Below, in pieces: positions 21,452 through 33,607 of a stretch of DNA of 64,000 nucleotides. Numbering within the stretch: the first letter of the stretch is position 1; each line of letters opens with the position of its first letter. The DNA is from Hyphochytrium catenoides (lineage: Eukaryota > Protista > Hyphochytriomycota), in contig FLMG01002354.1 of NCBI GenBank assembly GCA_900088475.1, forward strand, positions 31,208 to 95,207, in the 5' to 3' direction. Made by a program: the position numbers and the translations under genes. The notes under the pieces are model-generated. The model saw only the letters and a list, made by a program, of their open reading frames with translations, made no database searches and was not told the DNA's origin.

Positions 21452-24400
21452 TTACTCTTCCTCTTCGTCTGATAGAAAGTCATCCTGAAAGGTGCTAGTG
21501 CTACCATCATCCCTCACTCGTCTGCTATGCTCCTTCCCTTCTTGGCTTATTTCTCTCGTTTGGTCATCATGAGGCTCCTTCCCCTCCTCTCCTCCTCTAT
21601 CCTTCAACGCTTCCTTCTCCACAACTACCATCTCTTTCTCTCTCGCGTTGTTATCAGAAACTGCCTGGGTCTTCTCTCCTTGCTTCACCTCTGTGTTTGC
21701 AGATGATTGGAGCGCCGCAATATCTTGGCTTCTTTGGACATCACCAGAGAAAGCTCCGTTGGTTCCGCCAATCTCCGAGTTTGCTATCTGTGGGGGTTCC
21801 ATTGATGTCGGAGAATTACCATCTATCTTATGAACCTTGCTGTCACTCTTCCCTTCATTTTCAGGCCCATGGGGGCTTACGGTCGGCAGTACTTCAAGAG
21901 TGACATCTCCTGTCGCGGTCTTGTCCACTTTATCCAGCTTCTCTTTCTCAACTTTGCCTGCTTTCGCGGCAGTGGACTCGGACTCTGCTCGCCTTGTTGT
22001 CGTATGCTGTTCCACATTTCCCCTTCCCTCTTTCTCTATGTGGTCTGGTCCAAGTGTTTGCTTCTTATCAAGCTCTATCTTACTGTTGCTTTGCTCTCTG
22101 CCTTGAATATCAGCAGAGGGGCCCTCTGGTATGGTTCTTTCTTCTCTGACCATGGAACTCTCGCTTGAGGGTGCAGACGTTCTCGATTCCTGGACACTTA
22201 CCTTGATTACGTCCTTCTTTTCGGCCTCGTTATCTTTTTCTTTCGTCTGAATAACTTCGCGGGCACTTGTCCTTAGTATGATATCCGAGGTGGAGCCCTC
22301 AGCGGATGGAACTGTTGGGGTTGGCATGACTTTGCTCTGGAGAACTTGTGGCGGAGCAGACTCATCCCCTTCATTGGCCATGAGGGATAACCCATCGCTC
22401 CCTTCCGCTCTGTCTTCTTCATCAACCTGTTCTTTTTCTGCTTTATTGAATCCTTCATGTTGGTCTTTCCCCCTTATCTTTTCCTCCTCTGCACCTTCCT
22501 CCATTTCCTCCATATCTTCCTCCCCTTCCTCCGTATCTTCCTCCCCTTCCTCCGTATCTTCCTCCCCTTCCTCCTTATCATCCTCCTCTTCCTCGGTACT
22601 TTCCTCATCCTCCTCCTGACTGTCCTGGTTTCTACTCGTCTCTTCACCTTCCTCGCCTCTTCCTCTGCCGCTTTCATCCTCCTCGTCGTCTTTCTTTAAT
22701 AATAGCGTCGTTGCTTTGCCTCTCGTATGGTCCTGCCTCTCATTCGTCTGGGGTACGCTAGGGGTCTGGCCGGGAGAAAGAGGAAGCTGTCCCTTCTGAG
22801 AAATGCTTAAATTCTGGTTCGGTTTCTTGCCATCAAACACTTCTCTCTTCTCTTGATCCGCAGCAGCTCTTTTGGACCCCTTGACTGGGCTATCAACCTG
22901 GTCCCTCATCTCCCTTACTGTTCTTTTCGTGGGGTCTGGCTTTGTGCCCATGGTCTCTTTAAGAGAGACTAAATCTACATCTTCATCTCGCCCTGTCCCT
23001 CTCGTCTTTGCTTGAGCTTTGACAACCTTGACAGAAACTTCCTTTGTGTTTGAACTTGGGCCTAGCGCGGAGACGGCTTCCTTCATCTGGGTGCTTGGTA
23101 CTTCTTTATTATCCTTGTGCTGGTCTTGCTCGTCGTCGTCGTCGTTCCCATCTTCCTGCTCTGCTTCCTCTTCTTCATCATCATCTTCTTCTTCGCTGTC
23201 CTCTTCCTCTTCGCCTTGCTCTTCCTCGTTGTCGTCACTATTTTGGCTGTCGACTCCATCCTCGTCCTCTCCGCTACCCTCATCTGGTTCATCATCAGTT
23301 GCCTCCTTCCCGCCAAGAGACGCACCCTCCGCGTCATCATTTTCCTCTTCTTCTTCCTCATGCTTTGGCCGAGACGGCTTCTTATCGATACTCTTCTCCA
23401 GCCGCAGTCCCGCCTTATCTCCTGATGGTTTCTCGTTTTGCTGCGCTTTTGCCTTTGGCCCAGACATCTTTCCTCCAACTTCCTGCTGTTCACCACGTTC
23501 CACTTTCCTGTCCACTATCTTCTGCGGTTCTTGGATAGTCTTTACACCTTCCTTCGCTTTTATCTTCTCGTCCATAGTCTTTCCTGTTTTCTCTTGGTCT
23601 CCTCTTAAGGCTTCAGCGTGATGAGCAGCCACATTTTTCTTTTTTGTCCTCTCTGAAAGGCTTTGACCAGAGGTTTTGGTGCCAGAAGAGCCTTGATTTC
23701 CAACAGCTACTTCTTCCAGCTCATCCGCTTCTTCGCTGACATCGACGTTGAGGTTCTCCTCCTGCTCCTCTTCTTCTCCATCTTCCTTCTCAGCTTCTCC
23801 TTCTTCTCCTTGTTCTTCTTCCTTTCTCCCATTTGTTCCTTCTTCTAAGTCTTCTCCCTCGCTTTCCTCTGCTGCTTCTGTATCACCTTCCTCTTCTCCA
23901 TCTTCCGTCGATGTCTCCGATCCGGCGTGATCTCTTTGGTCTTCTTGGTAACCCATTGCGGGCTCCTCAGCATCGTTCTTCTTTATCAGCTTCTTGCCTC
24001 CTCCTTCAGACGCTTTAAGGCCAATTAACGGGTTGCCTTTCTCTTTGTCGCTGATACTGCTTCCAACCTTCGAGACTCTGTCGTTGAGACCGGAACTGCA
24101 CTCCTGCTTAGATGCTGCTCGTTGGCTTTTGCTTCCATCTCCCGCTTGCCTTTGACTTAAATCTTTGTCCACTTGGTAGTCAGCTTCTTCTTCTCTTCCC
24201 GGTTCCCTTTTGGTGGGTAACGGTTGGCCAGACTTCGCTGGTGAACTTAGACGGACTGCAGAGGAGTTGGGAGGTGTTGACTTGCCATCTTTCTTGTTTA
24301 AGGGCCGTGGCGCCTGGGAGAGGACTCTAGGAGCCGAAGAGGCAGTCGTGTTCGGCTCACTATTGACCTCTTTCTCGTTAACAAGAGGGTTCTTAGAGAT

Positions 24401-27400
24401 TGGAGGACCTTTTAGCTCCTTGGCTCCTGCCGAGGATGCCTCCACCGCGAGCTTCTGGGCAGCGGGGGCCGAGGGCTCTGACGTTGTTGCACCCAGTTCT
24501 CTGTCCTTCTTTCCTTTCCAGTGCTTCAACTCATCTTGGCCATCTGTCCTGCAAGAGGAAAGTATCGACTCTTCTTCGATATTCTTCTTCTTTCCGCCCT
24601 CGGAGGTCTGAGAAGAGGAGGAAGAAGGAGCAAGAGCTTTAGCTATCCCTTTATCAGGCGGGGTGCTACCCTTAGCAGTTACATCTGGCCCAGGATGTCG
24701 CTGTTTTGAGCCACTGCGAACAGGGAGAGAAGCCTTTTCGAACGAAGCTGTCGCGTTGCTTTGTCCTTGTGGATTAGTTCCTTCCACTACCTCTACGTCC
24801 TTCTTCTCTTCCTTTGCCATAGAAGGAGAGGCATTCTTTCCTTTTTTTGGAGAGAGAACTGAGGTGATTGCTTTCTTCGCAGAATCGAGAAAAGCGCTTA
24901 TTCTAGAAGGGGAAGGTGGTCGTGTAGCAGAGACATTGGCAGCAGCGGAGGCGGACGAGGAGACAGGGGAAGCTCCCGTGTCCAAGTGGAGCTCTTTCTT
25001 CCTGGGGGCCTTGCCATCTCTGCCTCCTTCCTTCTCTCTACCTGTACCCTGTACTGGTCTTGTGTCATTTCTGCCCCTTCTTTCTGCCTCTTTCACAGGT
25101 GTGCTCTTTCTCTCCGTGTTCTTCTGCTTTGTTACCTTCAGTTTGTCCTCCTGGACTCGCCGCTTACCCTCTTCTTTCTTGTTTATAGCCTTCCCAGGTG
25201 ACCTTCTTAAGCTGTCAGACTTAACCTCCCTAGCAGATGAAGAGGAGCGATCACAAGGAACAGACCCTTCATCACCTTTTTGCTGAAGCATAAGGACTCG
25301 CTCTTCTCTGGTATCCTGTGGCCTCTCTTTTACTTTCTTTCCTGTTTTCGTCTGACTGTCTGTTTCTTCCCTCTCTGGAAATCCTGTCTTTCTCCCTGCA
25401 GCTTCTATCTTCTTCTCCCCATTTTGGAAGCAACCAAGAAGATGCCCGAACGAGATAAGGATCCGGGTGATCTCTCCGTGTCTTTTATGGACTTCATCCT
25501 GCAGAAGTTGTAGCTGCTTCTCTTGGCCTAGAAGAAAGACCCAGATAGCGTTAAGTAAGACCTTTTTGGTCCCCCTGTTTCATCTCTCCATGGGCTGACC
25601 CTCTATCCCTTGACCTCACATCTTTCCTCGCCGTACTCGTTCTTTCTTCGCATTGCCAAGAAAGCCACGGCTTTCCCTATATGCGTCTCGCCTTCCCCCT
25701 GAATTGTTTTTGCGCCCTCTTCTCTCTGTCTTCGCTCGCTTAGCGCTCTTTTGGTCATGGCCCTCGACTTGTTCCCGACCTGTCGGCACCGTCCTTCTCT
25801 CATTCCCACCATACTCCGTTTCATTTGTTACTTACTGAAGGAGAGAACAGAAGACAGGACGCTGGAGCTCAGCAACGGATCTCTAAGGAGCTCTGCCAGA
25901 AGAGAGAAATGACCTTCTTTCTCGGGACTTCCTCTTTCTTCCACTATTTTCTGACCCTTCACAGTGACAAGCACTCTTTCATGGATTTGATCCAAGTCCA
26001 CAGCCTTGAGGAGCACTAGAGAGTGCAGTATCACCCTTTCTCTCACTTTGGAAGCGTCAGGTGATGAGCCAGAAGAGCCCAGAGCGAGCGCACAGAGAAG
26101 TTGAGGAAGACTGAGCGATGAGAATGAAAGCCTAAAATTGAGGGAGAGTTAGTGATATGAAAACCCAGAGCGATGGAAAAGTCGGCGCCAAAAGGACATA
26201 GATATAACCAGAAGAATAAGTCACTGAGGGAGCAAACAAGAAGACCAAAGTAGAAAGAGAGCCAGAGCTGGAGACATGGAGAGAAACACAGTGAGAGAAA
26301 GAGAAAGAGAGGGAACCGGAGAGTTAACATACGAGCCATGCTGCCGGAATAGAATGGATCATATACTGGTCCAAAGGAGAGGAGAAAGACGCGAAAGAGA
26401 GACAATTGCACTCAGAGGTTCCCTTACCGCACGTTCAAGTTCCAGTTTAGCACAGAACTCATGATCTGCAGCCCTAAAACAAGCTTCTGCGTTGTCAGGA
26501 CATCAGTGGAAGAGAAGGTGGGGCTTGATAGGACGTGTTTCTGAAATAGAGAGGAGAGAAAAGAGACTATATCGTTCTGCTCTCTCTGGCACTCCTCAGG
26601 CTGCTTAAATGAAGGGGCGGAACGGACCACTCTGACCAACGGCAGAGGATCAAAGTCATGCCCTTCACAGAGAAGGTTCCAGAGGAAGTAGACCTGTGCC
26701 CTCTTTGACACCTGCCGTAGGACCTTAACAAAAGAAAGGGCGGAAGATGTAAGGCGACACGATATGGAAGAGAGGGCGCGAAGAGGAAGAGGTTCACTAA
26801 AGAGTGAAGCATCCTAGTCCTGCCGTCAACGTTGTCAAGGTTAGAACAAATAGTCCAGACATATACGTTGTGCTCTACTAACTCCTCCACACACTCTGCG
26901 ACGCGATTCCTCCGTCCTTCTCTCCCCCACTTCTCTATCTTTTTACCTTGCATATCCTCTCTCCGATATTAAGAATGGTTTGCGTTGCCCTAGTATTGTG
27001 CTGGACATCGGTGACGGAGAGCTGAAGAGCGTCCTGTCCGAGAAGGTCAGCCAAGGGCTGACGCTCCAGAGCGACCCAAAGGGTAAGTGAGGAACAAAGG
27101 TGCGAGAGCCAGCTGAACTGCCTGTTAAGTAACAATAAACGAGGGAAGAATTTATGTCAGTGGGAGAAGCGATAAGAAGTGTAAAGACAGAGACTAACAT
27201 CTGTTTTTAGAAGAAGGAGGGCATAGGGAGATCTTAAAGAGATATATGGTGAGCACATGGGCGAAAGTAAGAGATACCGGGAGTCTAGGGCTTGCTCTGC
27301 CTCTTCTTTCTCCGGTCCTGAGAACTGATCAAGTTCTGGGTGGGCCTGACGAATTAGCTCTCGGATGTCCGCTGCCAGCACATTGAGTGCCTGGTAGAAA

Positions 27401-27951
27401 AGGAACACATCAGGAGCTGTAACTCATCAAAGGGACTAAGGACTCGAGAGGATCAAGGACATAAAGGCGAAGGCGGAGAACCTAGGAAGAGAGAAAGTAA
27501 GAGAGACATCAGGGAAGACAGAGTGATGCAGTCATGACGAGGGGGCTCTTAAGCGCTACTTCGTCAGTCGATACCAGAGCTTATCTCTCTCTCTCTCTGT
27601 TTGCTACCATCTCGCTCCCACCTCGTCCTTCAGACTTTCAATGATAGCCGGCTCCTCATTTTCAGGAGATGTTTTGCTCTCCAGAGAAGTCCTAGGGATA
27701 AATTTTTCTAGCCAGGAGATAGAGGAGGTATTTGCTGTCTTCAGTACAAGGTTCTCTCGGACAAGTGAGCCGAGAGTACTGCTGATGGCGCCCTAACAAA
27801 TGACAGAGTAGAGTAGTGTTAGATGTGCACCTTTGAGCTCAATTAGTGGGAGGTGGAAAGGAACACTGAAGATAAACCATAGGGCTTGGCACTTAGAGAC
27901 ATTGCGTGCTACCTCAGCGATGCCGTATACGCTTCGACTCTCAGCTCTCAT
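21452..27951 (-). CDS. Large hypothetical protein: helical, intron-split N-terminal region plus >1300 aa disordered E/D/K/S-rich C-terminal exon
   Basis: The 1279-aa ORF stays open upstream to an acceptor near 25528 (GQEKQLQLLQDEVHKR...). Upstream exons with GT/AG signals lie at 25.8-26.0, 26.4-26.7, 26.9-27.1, 27.3-27.4 and 27.6-27.8 kb. Candidate ATG at 27951. Joining to the N-terminal exons is inferred. Confidence 0.7.
22507..22574 (-). repeat. Coding 21-nt tandem repeat (EEGEEDT, about 3 copies)
   Basis: CCTTCCTCCGTATCTTCCTCC repeated directly on the + strand. Confidence 0.85.
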
Positions 27952-28179
27952 GGCGCCGCTCGATCGCTTGAGGTCTGTGAGGTCAATAATGGACTGAATC
28001 CATAGGAGAGACTGGTAGCACTTTTAAAGGACGAAGACTTGACGTCGTACTATTTCTCTTCTGATGGCAACTTAGCATGCCCCATCTTCCGTTGGCTCGC
28101 TCCGTTCCTCCCTACCTGTACGAATCGCAGCCATCCTCGGGTTGGCGCCATTGCCCCTCTCTTGTTAGGTAGTTTCCTC

Positions 28180-28682
28180 ATTCCTCTCGCTCTTTATCTT
28201 CATTCTTCCTCTTTCCCCCCTGTCTCTCTCTTTTTTCTCTCCCTCTCTTGCTCTCTTACTCTCTCTTTGTTTGTCCGTCTGTCTGTCTGTCTCTTCTGTC
28301 TTCTCTATATCTCCCGCGCCATCATCAGAACCGAGTAAGGGAGGGAGTAGGGTGAGTTTTTTTTTTTTAGTAACCCTTCGTCATCCGTCCTCTATTGTGA
28401 GGGTCCGGAATCCAGCGCATGGTATAATGAATCAAGTGTGTTCGTACTTCGTACTTACAAGTACAGTACGTTGTTGCTCCCCTCTCTCTCCCTCTCTCTC
28501 TCTCTCTCGCTCTCGCTCGCTCTCTTTCTTTTTCTCGTTCTCTTTCTCTTGGTCTCTGTCTCTCTCTTTCTTTCCTTCTCTCTTACTCCCTCTTTCTTTC
28601 TTTCTTTCTCTCTCCCCCCCCTCTCTCTCTGTCTCTCTCTCTATCAATCTGTCTCTCCCTCTCTCTTTCCTACTCGTCTCTC
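28180..28682. repeat. Long imperfect (CT)n/polypyrimidine microsatellite tract
   Basis: Nearly pure C/T at 28480-28682 and 28180-28310, between divergent genes. Confidence 0.9.
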
Positions 28683-29166
28683 CCAAAGTTTTGATTGTAT
28701 CTCTCGGGAGGTATCTCTCCTCTTCACGGCAGTAGTGAAAGCAGAGGCAAGAAGTCAGGCGAGGACATCAAAGAGAGAGAGGATCTTTCAGAGCATCCAG
28801 CCTCTTCCAGAGCATCCAGCCTCTTCCAGAGTTGCATCTGATCGAAGTCCCGAGGGAACTTGTTTGCAAAGAACTGGCTCACTTTGAGCTCCTCCGTTTC
28901 ACTGGCGGGAACGAAGAGATAGAGAGAAGGAGAGAGGGAGAGAAGGAGAGAAAGGAAGACTGCGCTGATGAGAGCAGCCTTCAACTGGCGTGGCTCCGTG
29001 GCTTCCCAAGGGGATGATTCAGGAAGGAGGCGAACACGGAACTAAGGAGCCAGAGGAAAGGTCACAAGGGCTAACCGCTGGGGTGCAAACGTCCAGTGCT
29101 CTTTCGTCGCACCATACTCACTATGCCGAGAGCAAGACAGAGCTTCTAAAGGAGCAACGCACAGCA

Positions 29167-30500
29167 ATGATAGTAGGTGCCGCGCGCTACGGGGCGTGGA
29201 AAGCTGCCACGCTCTCCGAGATCAAGACTCGGCTGCAGGCTGGCGGCCAAGCGGCGCGGCGCTATCCGCTCCATAAGCAGATGGTGGAGAAGATGGCTGA
29301 GAACGAGGATTTTCAGAGAAGAAGCAAGCGGACAGCCGCCGTCTTCATCCCTCTCTGCAATGTTCACGGTGTAGCCAGCCTCCTCTTCACCATCAGAACG
29401 GGCAAAGTCGGTTCGCATAAGGTGGGCAATGCAGTCTATCTTGTTCTCTCTTCTGCTTCTCGTCCACTTGATTCGATCACCGAGTTCTGCTCCTTCCCTC
29501 TGAGTATATGACGGCCTTATGCCTCTTCTTTCCACTGACTTCAGGGTCACGTCTCCTTTCCTGGTGGGCACACAGAAGAGGGAGAGACCTCTGTAGAGGC
29601 TGCGATAAGGGAGTTCCGGGAGGAAGTGGGAGGCGCAGGCGATATTGAGATACTGGGCGTGTTCCATAAGTTCCAAGCAAGTACTGACCCAGATCGATAA
29701 TACTTCTTCTTCTCTTCTACTCGCTCAGCTCTCCAACGCCTTTGTTACCCTCATTGATGGCTGCTTGTCCTCTCCTATCAGTCTCCTGCGTGCTAACTAT
29801 GACTGGCAGTCAACAACCCTGACTATCTCATGATCGAAACCTCAGTCGTCGTCTCATCTATACGTTTGCTAGGGCTATGGTCCTCCTATCGTCTATTACT
29901 CTCGGCTCTCGCTCAAAGACTCTGTCTGCCTTATCCATCAGTCACAGGCACTTGGGTGACTCCGGTTGTGGGCTTCGTTCGTGATGACTTAGCAGATCTC
30001 AGCACACTTCAGCCTCATGCAGACGAGGTGGAAAGTCTTTTCACTCTTTCGATGCAGCAGTTGACAGACCCAGAGCTCAGACAGACGGTGGACCTGGTAG
30101 GTGTAGCCGATGAGGAGGTGCAGCTGACAAATCTGAATGACTGACAGGGAGGGGAAGAGGGCAGGCTGCAACATTGCCGCTTGCGGAAGGGTTGGCAGGG
30201 ACTTAGAGATTCGTTGTCGGGACCTAGAGAGTTAAAGGGGAAAAAGCCAGAGAACAAGCAATATTTTTGCCGTCCAACCTCACGGTATTATGGATCAACC
30301 CTCTTTACGCATCTGATGGTATTCTTCCTCAGGGTATTCGAGGGAAAAAGTTTCCTTCTTTCTTAGGAGGACCACAGACAGTCTGGGGTCTAACCGCAGC
30401 TATCACCGATTTTCTGCTCAACGAGATTGTTCTTCCCGCCGTCAACAGCACGGTTACGCAGTCTTTGGCGAAAGGCCAGGAGGAGGAAGCGAAGTTGTAG
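29167..30500 (+). CDS. NUDT8: Nudix CoA-diphosphatase family hydrolase (NUDT8/NUDT7-like), 4 exons; alternative upstream ATG at 29014
   Basis: AAVFIPLC...LLFTIR...SHK|GHVSFPGG (CoA motif), Nudix box GHTEEGETSVEAAIREFREEVG, VTPVVG, EVESLF, VWGLTA. Confidence 0.88.
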
Positions 30501-31534
30501 GATGACCCTAAGACAGTGAACAGCCCTGCCCAAGCCGCATGACTCGTGCCCGCGATCACTGGGAATAGTTCTCCTGGGTCCACGAAACATCCTATAAGCT
30601 TGGATACGCCGATCCTTGTACACCCAGCTCGGCTAGAGGCTAGTATGGAGTATAAGGTTCTGTCAGGGAGGCACTTGGCCAGCCAACAAATTTCAAGCTC
30701 TAGTTCCGGTCCTAGGTAGCCTTACAATCCCCTTAGAGGTCTCTCCACATTCATCATCACTTTTGTGCGTGGGACAGTCTGCTCTCTCTTATCTGGCTTC
30801 ATCAATATCAATAAAGGTTTGTCATTAGTTCATGGCCATTCTGCGGATAAGGCCACATTATCCCTCTTTATAAGTTAATAACAAATTCTCTACCACCTCT
30901 TAAGCTGTCCTCTCACACCCTCTCGGTACGGATAAGAATATAAAGCTCTTGCAACGGCGCAGTACCTCCAAGCAGTCACCAGATAATATCCGAAGGAGCC
31001 AGCGAGGGCGAACTTGAAGAGATGATGATGATGAAGCAAGAGAGATAGAGAAGAGAGACAGAAGCTAATAGGTACAGGTTCACCTGGTTCGCGAGGTGGA
31101 AGTGCTGCTCGGTAATGAGAAGCTCGTTATCACTTCTTCGTGATGATCTAGACACCTTAACCCGCTAACGGCTACCAGTTTCTAGATGGGAGACGTTAGC
31201 GGCTCTCGGGTGGACCAAATGTTGTTGCTTGGACGGTCCGATGGACAGTTGCGTCGTTGCTTTTGAAGAGTCACGGATCATCCCTCCAACCCCAGTCTCA
31301 CGGCAGGAGCCGTAGTTGATAAGGAGAGCAAAGGACAAAGAAGAGGAGGCTTCGGATCGAGGCAGTCAAGCTGTCCGGACGCTCATTTGACAGCCATTTC
31401 ACCTCGTGGGGCTCACCATCAAGTGAGTCATTGCTTTCATATAACAGGTAGCTTGGCTCGCAATGCATCTGCCCTTAATCTTTAGCCGCGATTGGTCATC
31501 CTGGTAAGAGCGATAAAAGCTTCAGAGCTAGACG

Positions 31535-33598
31535 ATGGACACGTTAGTAGACTTCTTTGAAGATCTTTTTGGGCTCGGAGATAAGGATGGACACAAGCTT
31601 CATGAGATCCTGCAGAAGTCTCAACAAAGGCATGAAAAGCGGCGATCCAAGGAAGTATCTCTCAAATCTCATCGGCCTCTGGCTAATAAGAATTTAGCCC
31701 TTGCCTACGGCATGACGTTTCCCAACCCAGAGAAGACGGAGAGTTTGTTGGAGGAGTTTGAAGGTCAACTGAAGGACAAGGTTGGGGGAAAGGAGAACGA
31801 ACTGTCCCAAGAATCCAAAGCTGTGAAGCAAAGCGGAAAAGGTGATGGCAGCAAAGCTGAAGAAGGGGCACCGACAAGCGTCATTGTTAGAGATGATTTG
31901 CAGGCTGAGGACGATGATGAGGCTGCGTCGAGCGTGTTGAAAGGTAAGAGAAAGGAAGGTCTGATCAGGCAAGAGCTGCTCCATTCTCTCCGTTTGTCTG
32001 CTACGCAAGTTCTCTCTGTGCTGTGCATCGTCGAGGTTAGAGCGCCATTTGTCTCACTTTCTTTCGCTCCTGCAGAGACTTGCCAGGCCTGCTTCACTTC
32101 TTTCTCAGGCCTGGGGGCCGTCCTGACTGACAGCTACCAAGAGTACCTTGTCATCCTACGGCCGTTCAAACGAACTCTCTACTTCTACGGTCAGGCATCT
32201 CTACAAGCTGAAACTATCCTTACTCTCTCTGTCTCCCTACTGCCCACGCCTTGATGGCGATTGTATAGCATGTCCGCTTGCTTCTTCCATAGCCAGCCAG
32301 CTTACCTCGCTACTAGTGCATGTGTTTGGTCCACCGGCCCCCGAAGGCATCTCTTCCTTACTTTTCTCAGACTGTTACCTATATTGCTAACCCGTTCACT
32401 CACTTTATGAGACCATGTCGCTAATTCATCTCCGTGATCTCTCTCGCTCACTCTACCTTCCGATGCTTTGATGGGCATATAGAGGACCCAGGCGACTATG
32501 CTAACGGCCAGCCTTGTAAGCTGCGATACTTGGTGGATAGCGCCAAGATGCTTAGGGGAGAGGAGAAGAAGAATGCTATCCTCTTGACCACTCTCTCTGA
32601 GACGCTGATCAAGTTGGTGATGCCCAACAATGTGGCGCACAAGGCTTGGCTGAAGATGCTAGAGGAAGGACTGGCAGCAGGGACTGCTGTGCCAACCATT
32701 GAAGGACACATCCAGAAAGCAGGACAACTGAATCGAGCCTATCAGTCCCGCTACGCTGTTTATTACAAGGAAGATTGCTCCTTTATGTACTGGGGTGAGT
32801 GAAAGAGGAAGTCATTGGAAAGAAGATCTAAATGGGCGATGGAAGGGTATATCTTCTTCAGATTGCTTTCTTTCTCTTATCTTCATTCATGTCTACTCCC
32901 GCAAGGCATCACGCTGGGATGCAGGGAAGGCCTCCTGTGCCATCTCCCTTCTCTTCACCATGCCTAGGCTTTGCCAAAAGAATATTCATCTCTCAACTGA
33001 AGTCCCTCGCCATTAGCCACCTAGCTCTTGCCACTTTGAATCCTCTCGTACAACTAATCTCTTCTTCCATTCTATCCTTTGTATATGGCTTCCTAACGGC
33101 GCTTGATCTCTCTAAATCCCACCCACGACGACTCACAGCAAGCAAGGAGAAGGTGGGGGACAAGTCTTCTGTTAAGGGACGGGAGCTGGTAGAGAGTGTC
33201 AACAAGATTGCGACAAAGCAGTTTCCTTTGGGTTTAAAGATCACAGCAGAGGGAGGCAAAGAAATAAAAGTCGGAGTCAATGCCGAAGCAGAGAGAGATG
33301 CCTGGATTCTCAAGATTCTTTCCACATTGTCTGAGAGGGTAAGTGTGCCTCCAAAGAAGAGTGCGTCATGGGATGCGACGTTGCTTCTTTGCCTCCTGCC
33401 GACCCCTGCCTCTTTGTGTATCAGGCAGACTCCAATCTCACCATCTCCCTCTGTCGCTCTGTCCGCCGCTGCTCTCGCACCATTTCCTTCTTCACACGCA
33501 GACGCCGCCTGCGGATTTAGGCTGATAATCTTCCAAGCGGAAGCGCGATAGAAACTCCACTCCAAAAATCTTTATTTTTGTCCGCTTCTTCCCTCTGA
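31535..33598 (+). CDS. Tandem PH-domain-like protein, multi-exon
   Basis: Two PH-like units: YQEYLVILRPFKRTLYFY...AHKAWLKMLEE and IEGHIQKAGQLNRAYQSRYAVY...FMYW...AEAERDAWILKI, each ending in the PH-typical Trp helix. Last exon is inferred. Confidence 0.7.
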
Positions 33599-33607
33599 CT
33601 TTCGGTC

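Noticed and set aside
21648-25286. Many Ser/Phe/Leu-rich plus-strand ORFs
   Set aside because: Antisense shadows of the purine-rich acidic exon.
28788-28831. 19-nt tandem duplication CAGAGCATCCAGCCTCTTC
   Set aside because: Two copies beside a microsatellite, with no sign of function.
28271-28887. ORFs of 84-154 aa with SL/ER repeats
   Set aside because: Translation artefacts of the (CT)n tract.
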